Positions 12,446 to 25,836 of a stretch of 64,000 nt of DNA are shown here, piece by piece. The position numbers and the translations under genes were made by a program. Origin of the DNA: Octopus sinensis. Taxonomy: Eukaryota. Position 1 is the first letter of the stretch, and every line of letters starts with the position of its first letter. The notes beneath the pieces are model-generated. The model worked only from the letters and a program-made list of their open reading frames with translations. It ran no database searches and was not told the origin of the DNA. Location: contig NW_021832857.1 of assembly GCF_006345805.1 (NCBI RefSeq), positions 1 through 64,000 of the forward strand, in the 5' to 3' direction.

Positions 12446-12999
12446 TATGTGTATGTGTGGTGATAGATTCTCCGCATTTTGTGAATGGTGTATCACTGAA
12501 GGTGACGCTGGAAAGGATATGTATAAACTCTCTCACATCCGCACAGACTCACACTCAGATACAAGGTCAATCTAAAATTGTTGAGTAATTATAAATTTGT
12601 GTAATTTCAGTTCTAAAAATATGAAACAATTAATCTGTAAAAGAAGATAGATTCAGTGCAGAGATTGTTAATTAGCATTTAATTTGTTCTCATTAATGAA
12701 ATACACAAACTAGGATGGTATTGTGGAGGTCAGGAAATTGGGTTAACAAAGGATGTAGTGCAATAGGCAAATGCTTTCTGCTAAAGTCCTTGGTTGAGCC
12801 AAGTCTTGTGAGTGGATTTGGTTGATGGAAACTGAAAGAAGCCCATCATGTGTGTGTGTGTTTGTGCACATAGATATACATACACATACGTGTGTGTGTT
12901 TGCTTGTATATCAGGATTTTCATTAAAGTAACATTGATTTTATAAAGGTATGTAAGAAAATAATTTAATATCATACTTTTCTGTTAGTAGATATGTTTT

Positions 13000-13041
<42 letters not shown>

Positions 13042-16000
13042 ACTTGCTTCATGCAGGGTGGGGGTTAAAAATTTAAATAGCAAATTTTTGTTGTTGCCTA
13101 AATCTCAGCAATGGACCACCTTATCATCATCATTTCATAAAATATATTATACTGAAAAGCCCCCAATGCATGTCAGAGTGCCAAAGAAATGATGAAGGTA
13201 TCAAATGGTTGTGGGATGTGCCAGAAGCAACAGCTAAATTTCCCTTACATCACCTTTTTATTTGAAAATTATTTTGAAATTATAAAGAGAAACGAATTGG
13301 AGATTTGGCCTGTCTGTATTTTATGACTGGGATTAAGAATAGAGTTAAAAAAAGCCAAAATTTTAAGATTGCTGGGTGGTTGATGTTAATGAAAGAATTT
13401 TTATGATTTCAAATTTTCTTCTTTTTTTTTAACCTTCAAAGCTTTTCCCATCGTTTTAAGCGTGTAGGGCAAAAAGACATTGGCCAAAATCAATTCTGAG
13501 TTCAGGAGGGGAGTTTGAAAAATTCATAAAGGTTCTGGTCATGTGTTTTGCCATGGTTTCTACAACTGGATGCCCTTCCTAACATGCCAACCCCTTTACA
13601 GAGTGTACTGGGTGCTTTTATGCAGCCCCGGCATAGGTGCATTTCTACTGCAGTGGGACAGGTGCTTTTTACCTGGCACTAGTATCCACGAGATTAGCAA
13701 TACCCAGCTGATGGGGGAGGCAGGGGACATCCCCCCATATGCAAGAGCAACCATGCTTTTACTTAACTTGACGTTTCTTTTTGAACTTCCAGGAGCCTTG
13801 GTTCCCTGTCCTCCCCCCCCCCCCCTGTAAGTTCCAAGGTCTGTAGATCCTTTCTCACCACTTCGTCCTATGTCTTCCTGGGTTTATCCCTTTCACATGT
13901 TCCCGCTACTATTAGCAGTTGGTATCTTCAAAATAAGAAGTTTTCAATGGGGTGCCCCAGCATGGCCACAGTTTAATGACTGAAGTAAGTAAAAGATTAC
14001 TTGGTTATGAGATAAAGCTGATGATATCAAAAAAATATACACACACACACACACACACATATGTAATATATACACAAACATATGCATACATTAGGTATAT
14101 AATATAGATATACTTTATATATGTATGTATAATAGATACATACACACACACACTATAGTTATTGTACATTATCACATGTCAACTACACTCCTATATATCT
14201 ATATACTGTTACACACCGTTGTACATCTCATATACACACAAGACATATTCATCGTACACACCCCTGTCTTAGGATGTTCATTTAGCCATGGCGGCAGAAG
14301 CGAGCTCCCCTGCCCCCATCGTGCTACAGTTGGGGTCCCCAGCTAAAACAAAATGAAATCGTGTCTTTAATACAATTCATGTGAAACCACTCACTGTATA
14401 ATGAACATATTTCATTTGTACTTTTAATTTGATGTGGCCTGATTAGAATGAGTAACGAGGGCTTGGCTCATTATCCTCTTTCATCATGTTGGAGTGCCAT
14501 AACTGGCTTCAGTCATGACAAAAGCCTGGCTGCATGGGAACCCCTTGCATTTACTAGCAGACCTTACATCAAGGATATTCTATCCATGACCATCCCATCT
14601 GATATTCAGACATAGTGTATCTGGGACTACATTAATGTCTCCTTCCTTATTGCCGCTTAGTCCCAGGTCAGTCCTGATTCTACAGACTTATGATCCACAA
14701 TGTTCCAGCCATGGCCATTCCACCTTGTATTCAAACATACTGTATCTAGGACTACATTATCTGATTTGTCCTTCTTTTTTTCAAGATTAAAAGGTGTGAG
14801 ATGAAGGAAGTTTGGCTGTTATTTTTAGCAAGTTGAATGACCTTATAAGTGCTACTTCATTAACCCGTTGCTATCATTTTCATAATTAGTTTAATTAATG
14901 CAGAAGCTTTATTGCTGTTGCTGTGAGGACTGCCACTGATTGGAGACAGGTTTGGATGTCATTAATGATAATGAAAGGCCTTCATTAGGGAGGAGAACTA
15001 TTGTAATATTTATTAGATATTTAGGTGGAACTCTGCTTTAAGCTCCCTCTCTCAACTTTTTAATCCTTTGTAATTTTCAGAAAATTTTGGCAAATTTGTT
15101 TTGGGAATTCATATGATTATGAAAAGAAGATTATTTTCTTGTGATCTAATGGTGATTTAGCTGTTATTTTAAGCATAACTTGCGACCACCTGATGCCTTC
15201 CTCATTTCATTGTTACTCTGACATGCATTGATGTTTTTCAATATTTTTCTCCCCATAAACACATTTAATGGAGCAGAGGTCGTTCGTTGCAGGGATTTAA
15301 GCAAAAGATTTGGACTGTCCCTTGTTTAAACTCTGATTTTAAGAAGAAGAAAAAAAGTTAGAAAAAGATTGGAACTTTTAGGATTTAAGAATGGCAGGGG
15401 TTAAAAACATTTTCTTTGTTTTCAGAATCCTGAATTCCTGGATGTAGAAAACTAATTCCAAAAACTGAACAAGTTATGAGAGGTTACATCGGGATTCTGC
15501 TGATATTTCTATATTAGAACAGTGATCCAAATGACCCCTGGAGGGCCATTGAAGGGTTTCTTGTTAAAATTTATCTGCAATAGCTTGCTTATACCTCAAT
15601 AATATATGAAATATTTTAACAACTTTAGTAATACAATTCTTAATAATATTTAATTATAAAAATATAATTTTTTAAAATATTGAATAGTTTTGGGGGTCCA
15701 ACCGAGTAAATTAGGGATCAAAGGTGTCCACAAGTATAAAATAGTTGAGAAACACTGTATAGAAATATAAGGGAAACTAGGGCTGCTGGCACTGCAGGTC
15801 GGTCCCTGGGATCCTGCTTTTTGTTTACATCCCTATGACCCTTCTCATCTGACAATGAAAGCTGTTCAAGGTTCCCTATATAAACATCCCTAAACATTTC
15901 TTGCTGACAAAACCCACCATTTGTTTCATCTCAGACCCTAATTTAATTAAGATGTCACTTCCCTAATTAACTTTACTGTACTCCTGTCTATGTTGACCAG

Positions 16001-16207
16001 TTCTTATTAAAAAAATGCAATATTCAAATTTAATTTTTACTTTAAGACATGACGATGGAAATGATAGTAAAACAATTAAAATAATAATAAAAAAAATTAA
16101 TAATGATAGTGAGTGTTCGATGATGTGTTTTTAATTGAATTAATTTATCAAATTTAATGAATAACAGTGCATGTGTGTGTGACTGTGTGGGAGGACCTCT
16201 CTGATGA

Positions 16208-16567
16208 CTGCTACGTTATGGTTTAATTAAAATTTTATCTAATTTTTCTACCCTACATCAATATTATGCACACACCACACATACAGTCCTCTCTCTCTAT
16301 ATATATACACTGGCACACACCATCACATGTCTCATATATACACACACTGTAATAAACTAAACACAGTTACTGATTTGGTCATACAATCATCATCATCTTC
16401 ATCATCATTTGATGTCCGTTTTCCATGCTGGCATGGGTTGGACAGTTTGACAGGAGGTGGCAGGGCCAGGAGCCAGACCAGGTTCTCTTGTCTGCTTTGG
16501 CTTGGTCTCTAGAGCTGGATGCCCTTCCTAACACCAACCACTTTACTGAGTGAACTAGGTGCTTTTT
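16208..16567 (+). repeat. Dispersed 360-bp direct duplication, copy 1 (unique sequence plus RTE tail)
   Basis: Near-identical to 22893-23250. Confidence 0.9.
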
Positions 16568-17481
16568 GTGTGGCACCAGCACTGACAGGGTCACCGAGTA
16601 CCTTGCATGAGAAAAATCTCTGGGTGAGTGGAGGGGGTGGGTAGTATTGAGGGGTGTGTGGCTTTGTGCCAGTTGAGATTTAAGGTATAGAGGGGATGGA
16701 TACCCCAGATGGGAAACAAAGGTGAGAGGGAGCAGTTGCTGGGTATATATTGAACAAAACTGTTGCTGATTTAGCCTCACTCAATATGTGACCCTGTGAG
16801 GGCCTGTCTATCTACCCATAGTTGTGTGAGGGATATGGAGGGAAGGGAGGGGTTAGCCTGTTGGATTCTCTCTGGGTGTCGTTTCTGTTACTGTTTAATA
16901 TACAGATAGCACAGTGATGGAGTATGTGGGTTCAAGTCTCAGACAGTAGATTTTAGTAGGCTGGTCTATTATAGTAAAGGGGTGTGAAGGTTCAGTTGAC
17001 AGTTGCTATATATAGATCCTACCTCAGACACGTTATCTTTGTTGACCACCAATTTGCCACCATATCTTATCTCAGCCACCACCACCTTTCCTTGCTATTA
17101 TTATTATTATTGTTTACACTGATTAAAGCACAAATAATTGAACAACAGAAATATTTCTGTTGGTTTCACTTTTCTTTCTATTTTTGATATTTTTATCAAG
17201 GGTGATGGTGGGAGAATCAGTCTTGTGTGTGTGTGTGTGTGTGGCTATAAAATAGTCAATATATATTTGTATATAATTAGAGAAGGTATGTGTCTCTCTC
17301 TCTCTCTCTCTCTCCCTCTATATGTATATATATATATAATATATATATACACATAGGCACACACACACACACTGTATTGTTGTATATCAGAGGAAACAGA
17401 ATCGAAGGAGACAGGTAGTGGTGATCTACGTCAGCAAATCTTGTATTATTTTGGAAAAAAGGGACATATTGTCTAAAATAA

Positions 17482-17491
17482 ATGCCAGAAG
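17482..17491 (+). CDS. Candidate very short alternative first coding exon (M-P-E + G) for PKA-C
   Basis: ATG CCA GAA G followed by a consensus GTGAGT donor. Phase 1 fits exon 2, giving MPEVKEFLAK. In-frame stops lie upstream. Kozak context is weak (T at -3) and there is no homology support. Confidence 0.2.
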
Positions 17492-18673
17492 GTGAGTGTG
17501 TGTGTTGGTGGGGGCTCCCCAATGCTTTTGGCTGCTGTTTTTTATAGACATAGCAACTGTGAAGAAGCTCTTTAATTAAATTAGGTGTGTGTGTGTGCTT
17601 ATAAACAAGTTTATATTTTCCAGTCTTAAGGTTGCTGAAATGATCAAAGTCTGATATTTTTTTTCTTTTCCATTAATTTTGTCGTACGGTGGAGCAACAT
17701 GTATATCTTGCCTGTAACCTTCATGACACAACACCTGTGATATGAAAGGGTTTGGGTCAGTGTTTGTGTATAGGAGTGTGGGGGGAGACCTATATTGTTT
17801 TAATCTTATCAACCCCTTGATTATTCCATACCTAGAATTTTAATTTAATTCATTTTGAAGATAATCAAGAATTTGAAGGGATCTCGTTAATTTTTTCCCC
17901 TTTATTATTAAGATGGTGTTTGGAATATAACAGCTTCTGTTACCTGAGTAAAATGTCACTCAAATCTGGTGGTCATTACTCCGAATCTTAAAATGTCCCT
18001 TCTCACTACATGTTACGTTAACCTTGTGAGGGCATTTGGTAGAGGGCAAAGTGAAAGACTTGTCATTCACGTCTGTATGTATGTATTTGTCTCCTTGTCT
18101 TGACATCACCTGATGGTTGTAAACAAGCCTCACCTCCATACAAGGGGTGTTGCTCATTTCCAGTCGTCTGTGAAAACATGTCTGGCCATGGGGCAATATT
18201 TTGTTGCTTGGAACCAGGTGGAAGTTGGTGACAGGAAGGGCATCCAGCCATAGAAAATCTGCTTCAACAAACTCTGACCCATGCAAGTATGGAAAAATGG
18301 CTGTTAAATGATGATGATGATGATGATGATGGGGTCTGTGTCTGTGGTGATTGCCACTTCTTTACAGAGAAGGCTATCTCTTCAACTAATAAATGCTGTC
18401 ATGAGATTTCATATGATTTGCAAGTTGGGCTTTGGACCTTACTGCAAATGTTACAAAGCATTTTTAGGTAGCAAAGTGTCTGGGATTGAAGTCCAGCCCG
18501 GTTTAAAGAAAAAGCTCATTTCAAGATGGATTGTTCAATTTCCCTTGTTTGAGATACTTTACAACCATTGTAGACTGCTTTTCCCCAAATTGATTGATCT
18601 TCTGTCATCTACTCTTAGTTTTCAGCATCAACACCAGAAGCCTTAAGGTTGCTTTTTGATAACACCCCAAAAA

Positions 18674-18759
<86 letters not shown>

Positions 18760-19921
18760 GATGAAGCCTTCTGGCTTCACAGACCCCAGTAGAACCGTCC
18801 AACCCATGCTAGCATGGAAAACGGACGCTAAATGATGATGATGATGATATATAAACACACACACCCACACATATATGCTAATATGGAAAAACAACTATAT
18901 TCATAGAGCTGTTACCATGACAAAATGGCCCCTGTATTCTTTGTAAAGTGGTTATTAAGAAGGGCATCTAGCTATAAAAATCTACCTAAAATTCGAATTT
19001 ATGGGTCAAACAGGGTCTTCTGATTTATCTTGGAGTGCTGTCTTTTCTCAAGGGAAGGACTAAGTCAGACCATGATGATCACTCTAACCCATACCAGTAT
19101 GGAAAAATGAATGTAAAAAGGATGATGAATAAATAGGATGATTGTTTCCCCTGTTACAATAATCAGCATCTTTATCATTAGCAAGTCTCACCATTTGTCA
19201 CAGTCCCTATTTTATACTGACTCAAACTCTGTGGTTGTCTGTTCCTGTGTCCTTTTACGTTCCTCTTCATGTCAACTCTTACAAAGATTGGCTGCTATTT
19301 TATTGGGTCACCATGACAACCAGACAGGGTATCGTCTATCACAAAGTGTTCTTTTATTCAGAGGTTATGGTTTCCTAGACAGGTCCTTGCCTTTGCCAGA
19401 ACCCCCACACGCACACAATGTCAACAAAAGCCTATTATCGAAAGGGCTGGGGGCCCTGTTGTTTCCTAAAGGTTATTCATTTGTCTATCTCACTAATGTC
19501 ATTTTAATATTATCTTCAAATATTGGTTTCAAATTTTGGCACAAGGCCAGCAACTTTAGAAGATAGGTGAAGTCGATTACATCAACTCGTGTTTTACTGG
19601 TATATCTTTTATCGACCCTGAAAGGGTGAAAGCCAATGTTGACTTTGGTGGAATCTGAACTAAGAATGTAGTCAGTAAGTAAGGTTACCTTCTCAAGTCA
19701 TGGCGACTCATAAGGGCCAGTTTACCAGTTTCCATGGCACATGAAATTCCCCACCTGGACAGGACACCGATCTGTTGCAGGATTACTAAGTTTTGCCAGC
19801 TGAGTGGACTGGAGCAATGTGAATTGAATGGAAACCACAATCTAACCGAGCACCCCAACCACTTAACCATTTGCCTTCCCTAAGAACTTGAGGCCGAGAG
19901 AGATGCTAGCAGGCATTTTGT

Positions 19922-20930
19922 ATCATCATCATCATCGTTTAACGTCCGTTTTCCATGCTAGCATGGGTTAGACAGTTCGACCGGGGATCTGGGAAGCCAG
20001 AAGGCTGCACCAGGCTCCAGTCTGATCTGGCAGTGTTTCTACAGCTGGATGCCCTTCCTAACGCCAACCACTCCGAGAGTGTAGTGGGTACTTTTTACGT
20101 GCCACCGGCACAGTTGCCAGGCGAGGCTGGCAACAGCCACGATCGAATTGGTGCTTTTTACGTGCCGCCGGCACGGAAGCCAGTCAAGGTGGCGCTGGCA
20201 TCGGCCACGATCGGTTGGTGCTTTTTACGTGCCACTGGCATGGAAGCCAGTCTAGGCGGCGCTGGCATCGGCCACGATCGGTTGGTGCTTTTTACGTGCC
20301 ACTGGCATGGAAGCCAGTCTAGGCGGCGCTGGCATCGGCCACGATCGGTTGGTGCTTTTTACGTGCCACTGCATGGAAGCCAGTCTAGGCGGCGCTGGAT
20401 CGGCCACGATCGGTGGTGCTTTTTACGTGCCACTGGCATGGAAGCCAGTCTAGGCGGCGCTGGCATCGGCCACGATCGGTTGGTGCTTTTTACGTGCCAC
20501 TGGCATGGAAGCCAGTCTAGGCGGCGCTGGCATCGGCCACGATCGGTTGGTGCTTTTTACGTGCCACTGGCATGGAAGCCAGTCTAGGCGGCGCTGGCAT
20601 CGGCCACGATCGGTTGGTGCTTTTTACGTGCCACTGGCATGGAAGCCAGTCTAGGCGGCGCTGGCATCGGCCACGATCGGTTGGTGCTTTTTACGTGCCA
20701 CTGGCATGGAAGCCAGTCTAGGCGGCGCTGGCATCGGCCACGATCGGTTGGTGCTTTTTACGTGCCACTGGCATGGAAGCCAGTCTAGGCGGCGCTGGCA
20801 TCGGCCACGATCGGTTGGTGCTTGTTACGTGCCACTGGCATGGAAGCCAGTCTAAGCGGCGCTGGCATCGGCCACGATCGGTTGGTGCTTTTTACGTGCC
20901 ACTGGCACAGGTTTCACAACTGCAGTTTCC
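19922..20930 (-). mobile_element. RTE LINE 3'UTR fragment containing a 67-bp tandem array
   Basis: (CAT)n-cgtttaacgtccgttttccatgctagc start; array internal. Confidence 0.85.
20202..20907. repeat. 67-bp minisatellite, 10 full units plus a partial unit
   Basis: Unit cggccacgatcggttggtgctttttacgtgccactggcatggaagccagtctaggcggcgctggcat starts at 20202, 20269, 20336, 20401, 20467, 20534, 20601, 20668, 20735, 20802 and 20869. Confidence 0.95.
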
Positions 20931-21155
20931 ATTGATCTTTGATGTTGGTGTCCTTCACTCAATGGATCTCCTCAGGCACAGGCTCCATAATAAAGAGTCT
21001 GGCAGCTGAACCGTTTAGCATTGAGTTTACTCTGTCAAATGTAATGTTTGTTTGTTTGTTGACATTGTTTTGAATCAATCCTGCTGATTGTTTAGATTTT
21101 TGAATGACATTGTAGGGTAGGTGTGAAAAGCTAGATCTGGCCAGTTTTAACATAA

Positions 21156-21548
21156 ACTAGCAGTATCACCCGGCGTTGCTCGGGTTTGTTTCGACCCTTT
21201 AGAATTGGAATTTTTGAAAAGTAAAAATTTTGCCTATGTAGCTTGTTATTCTCTTTAAGTGAACATTTTTCTGGTTGAAATACACTGAAAAATGGCGACA
21301 CAGCAGTCAAAAAATAATAAAAAATAGGGATTTTCATAGAAAAAAAGCATCTTTTTGATGTAAATAATTTTTGGTGTTAACATGGTCCAATTTGAATTTT
21401 TTCTTCTATGGAAGGAAGAGCAAGCCTTCTTCTATCATACTCTCAATTTTGGTCAACTTGCACCGCAGGGTCTCGGAGGAGATAGTGTTAGTTGAAGGCT
21501 ACCAAACCTGCCATACACAGACAACTTCAGCTTTATATATAGAGAGAC
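21156..21548 (+). mobile_element. Non-autonomous Helitron/Helentron-like element (Lep1/HINE-type ends)
   Basis: Starts ACTAGcagtatca-cccggcgttgctcggg (subterminal hairpin) and ends cttcagctttatatatagagag. End pattern recalled from short non-autonomous rolling-circle elements. Confidence 0.55.
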
Positions 21549-22892
21549 TGGTAGAATTTGTGGGTCAGATATGTACCATTTAAATGGTAAAAGGCTAAAT
21601 ATTCAAAATTGCTGATGTCATTTCTTTAATGAGTATGTAATAATTAGTGACTGTTTCTATTCAAAGTTTATTTTCACTTTCATCTGCTAAAATAAATACA
21701 AATGAAGACTCCATTGCTTGGTTCAGTAATATTACCAAACAGTCCTTGGGTGGTGCCTTGTGTGGACCCCTTCTGTTGCATGAATGAGGACAGCCTGGTG
21801 CTCCACTGCTGTTTCTAACCCCTCAGGCAGTGGGTGTATATAGCTGCTGGAACCCTGTCCCTTACTGTGTCCTTGGATGGCTTCAATACAATATCATTCA
21901 TTCCATGGGATGGGGCTGATGACCCCTTGTTTGAATCCTTGTTCATTTCTTGAGAAAGGATCACTATGAGTGGTTCCTCTCCCTTTAGCAATTTAGCTGG
22001 TTCAGAGAGGGTACGTGGCTGACCCCGCGAGGATGAAAGACACTGATGGTCACCACAAATCCCATAAAGATCCCTTCTACCTGCCCCCACTGTTGACTGT
22101 ACCTGTTCATCACTAAAAACCATTACTTTGGTCGTCTGTTACAATGTATGATGTAGTGGTGAGCATGCATAGACCCTGTCTACCTTTGACACAATACAAC
22201 ATTAAGAATGTGACTGTTGAACAGAGAATGGTGGGGTGGTAGGGGTGGGTCAACACTAGGGTGGTAAACATTTACTGCTGAGTAGACTGGGCTAATGTAA
22301 AGTGATGGGTCTTGCTCAAAGACAGTGTGCCCCCAGTCACAGAATGAAATCTACGACCTTATGATTACGCCTTACCTCCCCACCCCCACCCCACTAATTG
22401 TGGCTAAGCCGCATGTCTTTACATTTAATACAAACCATTATTGTATTGGTGGTCAATAGAAGTAGTACCAGTAATTGACTGAGTCCGTTCAATCAGTGGC
22501 GCCCCCTGCCCCCGTAGAATTGAACCAACAACCATTCACTATTTAGTTGTGCTTCTTTCCATTTTGAGTTCCACTCCAGCTGTGGTCAACTGAAGTCTTT
22601 CATCCTTTCAGGGTTGATAAAATAGTACCAATCATATACGGGTGTGGTGATTGCAGTCAAATATTATTGACTGTTCCTTTCTCCCGGAAATATTCAAATC
22701 TAACCTTGTATCTATCATCATCATCATCATTTAATGTCTATCATCCATGCTGGCATGGGTTGGACTGTTTGACAGGAGACAGGCAATGCTGGAGAGCTGC
22801 ACCATGCTGCACCACGCTGCCTTGTCTGCTTTGGGTTGGTTTCTACAGCTGGATGCCCTTCCTAACACCAACCACTTTACAGAGTGGACTGG

Positions 22893-23250
22893 CTGCTACA
22901 TTGTGGTTTAATTAAAATTTTATCTAATTTTTCTACCCTACATCAATATTTTACGCACACCACACATATAGTCATCTATATATATATATACACTGGCACA
23001 CACCATCACATGTCTCATATATACACACACTGTAATAAGCTAAACACAGTTACTGATTTGGTCATACAATCATCATCATCTTCATCATCATTTGATGTCC
23101 GTTTTCCATGCTGGCATGGGTTGGACAGTTTGACAGGAGGTGGCAGGGCCAGGAGCCAGACCAGGTTCTCTTGTCTGCTTTGGCTTGGTCTCTAGAGCTG
23201 GATGCCCTTCCCAACACCAACCACTTTACTGAGTGCACTGGATGCTTTTT
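22893..23250 (+). repeat. Dispersed 360-bp direct duplication, copy 2
   Basis: Near-identical to 16208-16567. Confidence 0.9.
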
Positions 23251-25774
23251 AAAGTAAGAAATGAAATTTAGTAAACGAGTAGGACAAGTTTGACTCTTTC
23301 TAATTAATGACTCAATTCAGAAAGAGAGAGAGAGAGAGAAAGACCCCCACCCACCCTTATATCATTCTCAGTTGACAGTTTGATATGAAATTTAGTTTTT
23401 GGTCATAAACATTGCTAAAAACCCTTGCTTACAAAGAGAAAGGAGGGAGGACAACAAAATGGAGCTCTCCCCAAACATTTTCTGGACACACAGGTTGTTT
23501 TTAGTTGGTTGTGATCACTTCACAAATCTTGTGTACCCCTGCAATTTCTTTTTATGTATCACCTGGGTACAGGTACCCTGGTTTGAGAACACCTTTCATG
23601 CAGTGTGTGTTGTGTAGCTTGTGTTGCAGTATTAGGTTGTGATTGTGTTACGTATGTGTTGTAGTGTTGGGTGGTGTTTCCCTGGTCTCAGAGTTCTATA
23701 ACTAGGTGTGATTGTTCCATTAGCTTCACCTCTCTAATCTGCACGAAGACCAGCCAAACTGTTTCCTCTGCATTTGTTCTGTGATTGATGGAGGTTCTGC
23801 GATTGATGGAGCTGGTGTTATGAAAAGCTAGGGTTAATTATGAGGATCATTCTGTCACCTTCCTTTGGCCAGGAAGAGTGGATAGTCCTGGTTACTATGG
23901 CAAAAGAGGTTGTAAGGTGGACATTACTGAAAGGTGAAAGGAAAACCTTTTTCTTTTTGACCAAGTCCTTCTGGAGTGAAAGGTGAGAGGAGAAAATGTT
24001 CCCCCCAGTAAATTTATTGAAAAGTGTTGCACTTGCTCCGCATCTGTAGGGTGGGGAGGGTCCTGAAGGTGATCCTGCACCTGTCGGCTTCCTTGATTGA
24101 CCCTGATGGCTGTCTTTCTCTTAACATTTTCTTATTTATGTTTAGAATATTGTTACTTTATTTCTTATATTTCATCTAATTTCTACCTAAGCCCCTTTTT
24201 TTAAACCTTGTAATGTCTCCTTATTCATTACCAGCCCCCCCTCTGGTTGCCCTCCTCCCATTAGGGATCTATTGCTAACTTTATTATTTTTATTTTTTCT
24301 CGTAATTCCCTGCCTTCTGTTTTCTATTCCTTCCTGCCATCATCTCCTGGTCAAGCTTACTCGCATACGCTATCCATCTCAGTCCTTCATTTGTTGAGGA
24401 AGAGGCATCCTGTGTCTCTGCTCAGTTAAGTTACAGTCATGCTTTTGCATCTATAGCTGTAGGTCACTTTCCAGCTCTTGTTTGTCTCGCCTCAACTTTT
24501 CCTAATATCTTAGGCACTTGTGGTCAAGAAAGAAATTGTTGTTCTTATTATCCTTGTTCAACGTTTGTAGTTTCAGGAAAATTTCCACTGCACCACCTGC
24601 TACACCTCTGTGTCGCTGAGGTGCGTGCAGCCTTGTGTGTTCTTTTTCGTTGTTGCTAGAGTGCAAACTCTTCTCAGTTTTGTATTGCATTAGTTTTTCT
24701 TTATTTTTTTTTCCATCTATGAGATGTAGTGCAGTCTTTTGTTGTATTAATGTTTGTGTTGTGTGCCCTGCTTGCTGGTGGTAGTTTATTTCATTGGATA
24801 ATTGCTGTTCAGAGTGTGCCTTGTGTTTCTCGCTTGTTTTGTTTAGGTTGCATTATCGAATTGATAGTGCCTCCTCGTACAGAATGTTAACTATAACAAG
24901 GCTATTTATGGATATGTGTAATGTTGAGGATTCAGGTATAGCTTCGATGATTTTGGTCATTTGTTTTTCTTTTTATATTGCCTAATGCTCCAATAATTAC
25001 TGGTACCGTTTTCACCTTATCATTATTATTATTACTGAAGGTGGTGAGCTGGATGAAATGCTTAGTGGTGTTTCTCTGTCACTATGTTCTGAATTCAAAT
25101 TCTGCCAAGGTCAACTTTTCCTTTCATCCTTTTGGGGTTGATAAAATAAGTACCAGTTGAACACTGGGGTTGATGTAATCAACTCATTCCCACCCCCGCC
25201 AAGCTGCCCTTTTGGCAAAAATTTGAAATAATAATTATTATTATTATATGTTTGATGTTTGCTTTGTATTTGTACAAGTGTCACACAAAGACCTCAGGAG
25301 ACAACAAGTTAGAAGTTCAAGTTGGTATCATGACTACGGTGCAATCACATGTTTGGTTTCACACAAAGTATTGTTCTAGAAAATGTCCAAGGAAAATTAT
25401 AGGTTTTAAATTTGGGATTACATCGAGAGAGTATTTTATGTAGGATATGGGAAATTTGGCCCTTTTTTTCCTTCTTCCCAAAAAAGAAAAGCTCTACTTT
25501 GTATTTTGTCCCTTCTGTGTTCAGCCCTGCATGGCCAATAAAGAAATCTAACAACAACAGTGTGATTTCAACTAATAAGTAGCCATTTATTTAACCAGTC
25601 TCCCCCTCTTGTGGGGGAGTTTTTTTTTATTTTGTTGTTTTTATTTTACCTGTCCCAGGTAATCCCCATCCCTTACACCATATTTGGTAATTTTGTATTG
25701 CCTTTGTCTTTCTCTGAACCCTTGTGGCTATTAACGAAACTATTATTATTATTATTATTATTATTATTTTTCAG

Positions 25775-25836
25775 TTAAGGAATTTCTGGCCAAAGCCAAG
25801 GAGGAATTTCAGCAGAAATGGGATCACCCGTCACAT
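25775..25836 (+). CDS. Pka-C1: PKA catalytic subunit, exon 2 (partial gene): (V)[20 protein letters not shown]
   Basis: tttcag acceptor at 25774 and gtaagt donor at 25837. 62 nt, phase 1 to phase 0, the same as PRKACA exon 2 ([21 protein letters not shown]). Confidence 0.93.

Noticed and set aside
20202-20907. CRISPR-like regular array
   Set aside because: Units are identical end to end with no unique spacers, the array sits inside a LINE 3'UTR, there are no cas genes, and the context is a spliced eukaryotic gene.
25446-25560. ATG GGA AAT (MGN...) just upstream of exon 2 as a candidate myristoylated exon 1
   Set aside because: Continues MGNLALFFLLPKKEK, unlike MGNAAxAKKG, and has no phase-1 donor at the expected distance.
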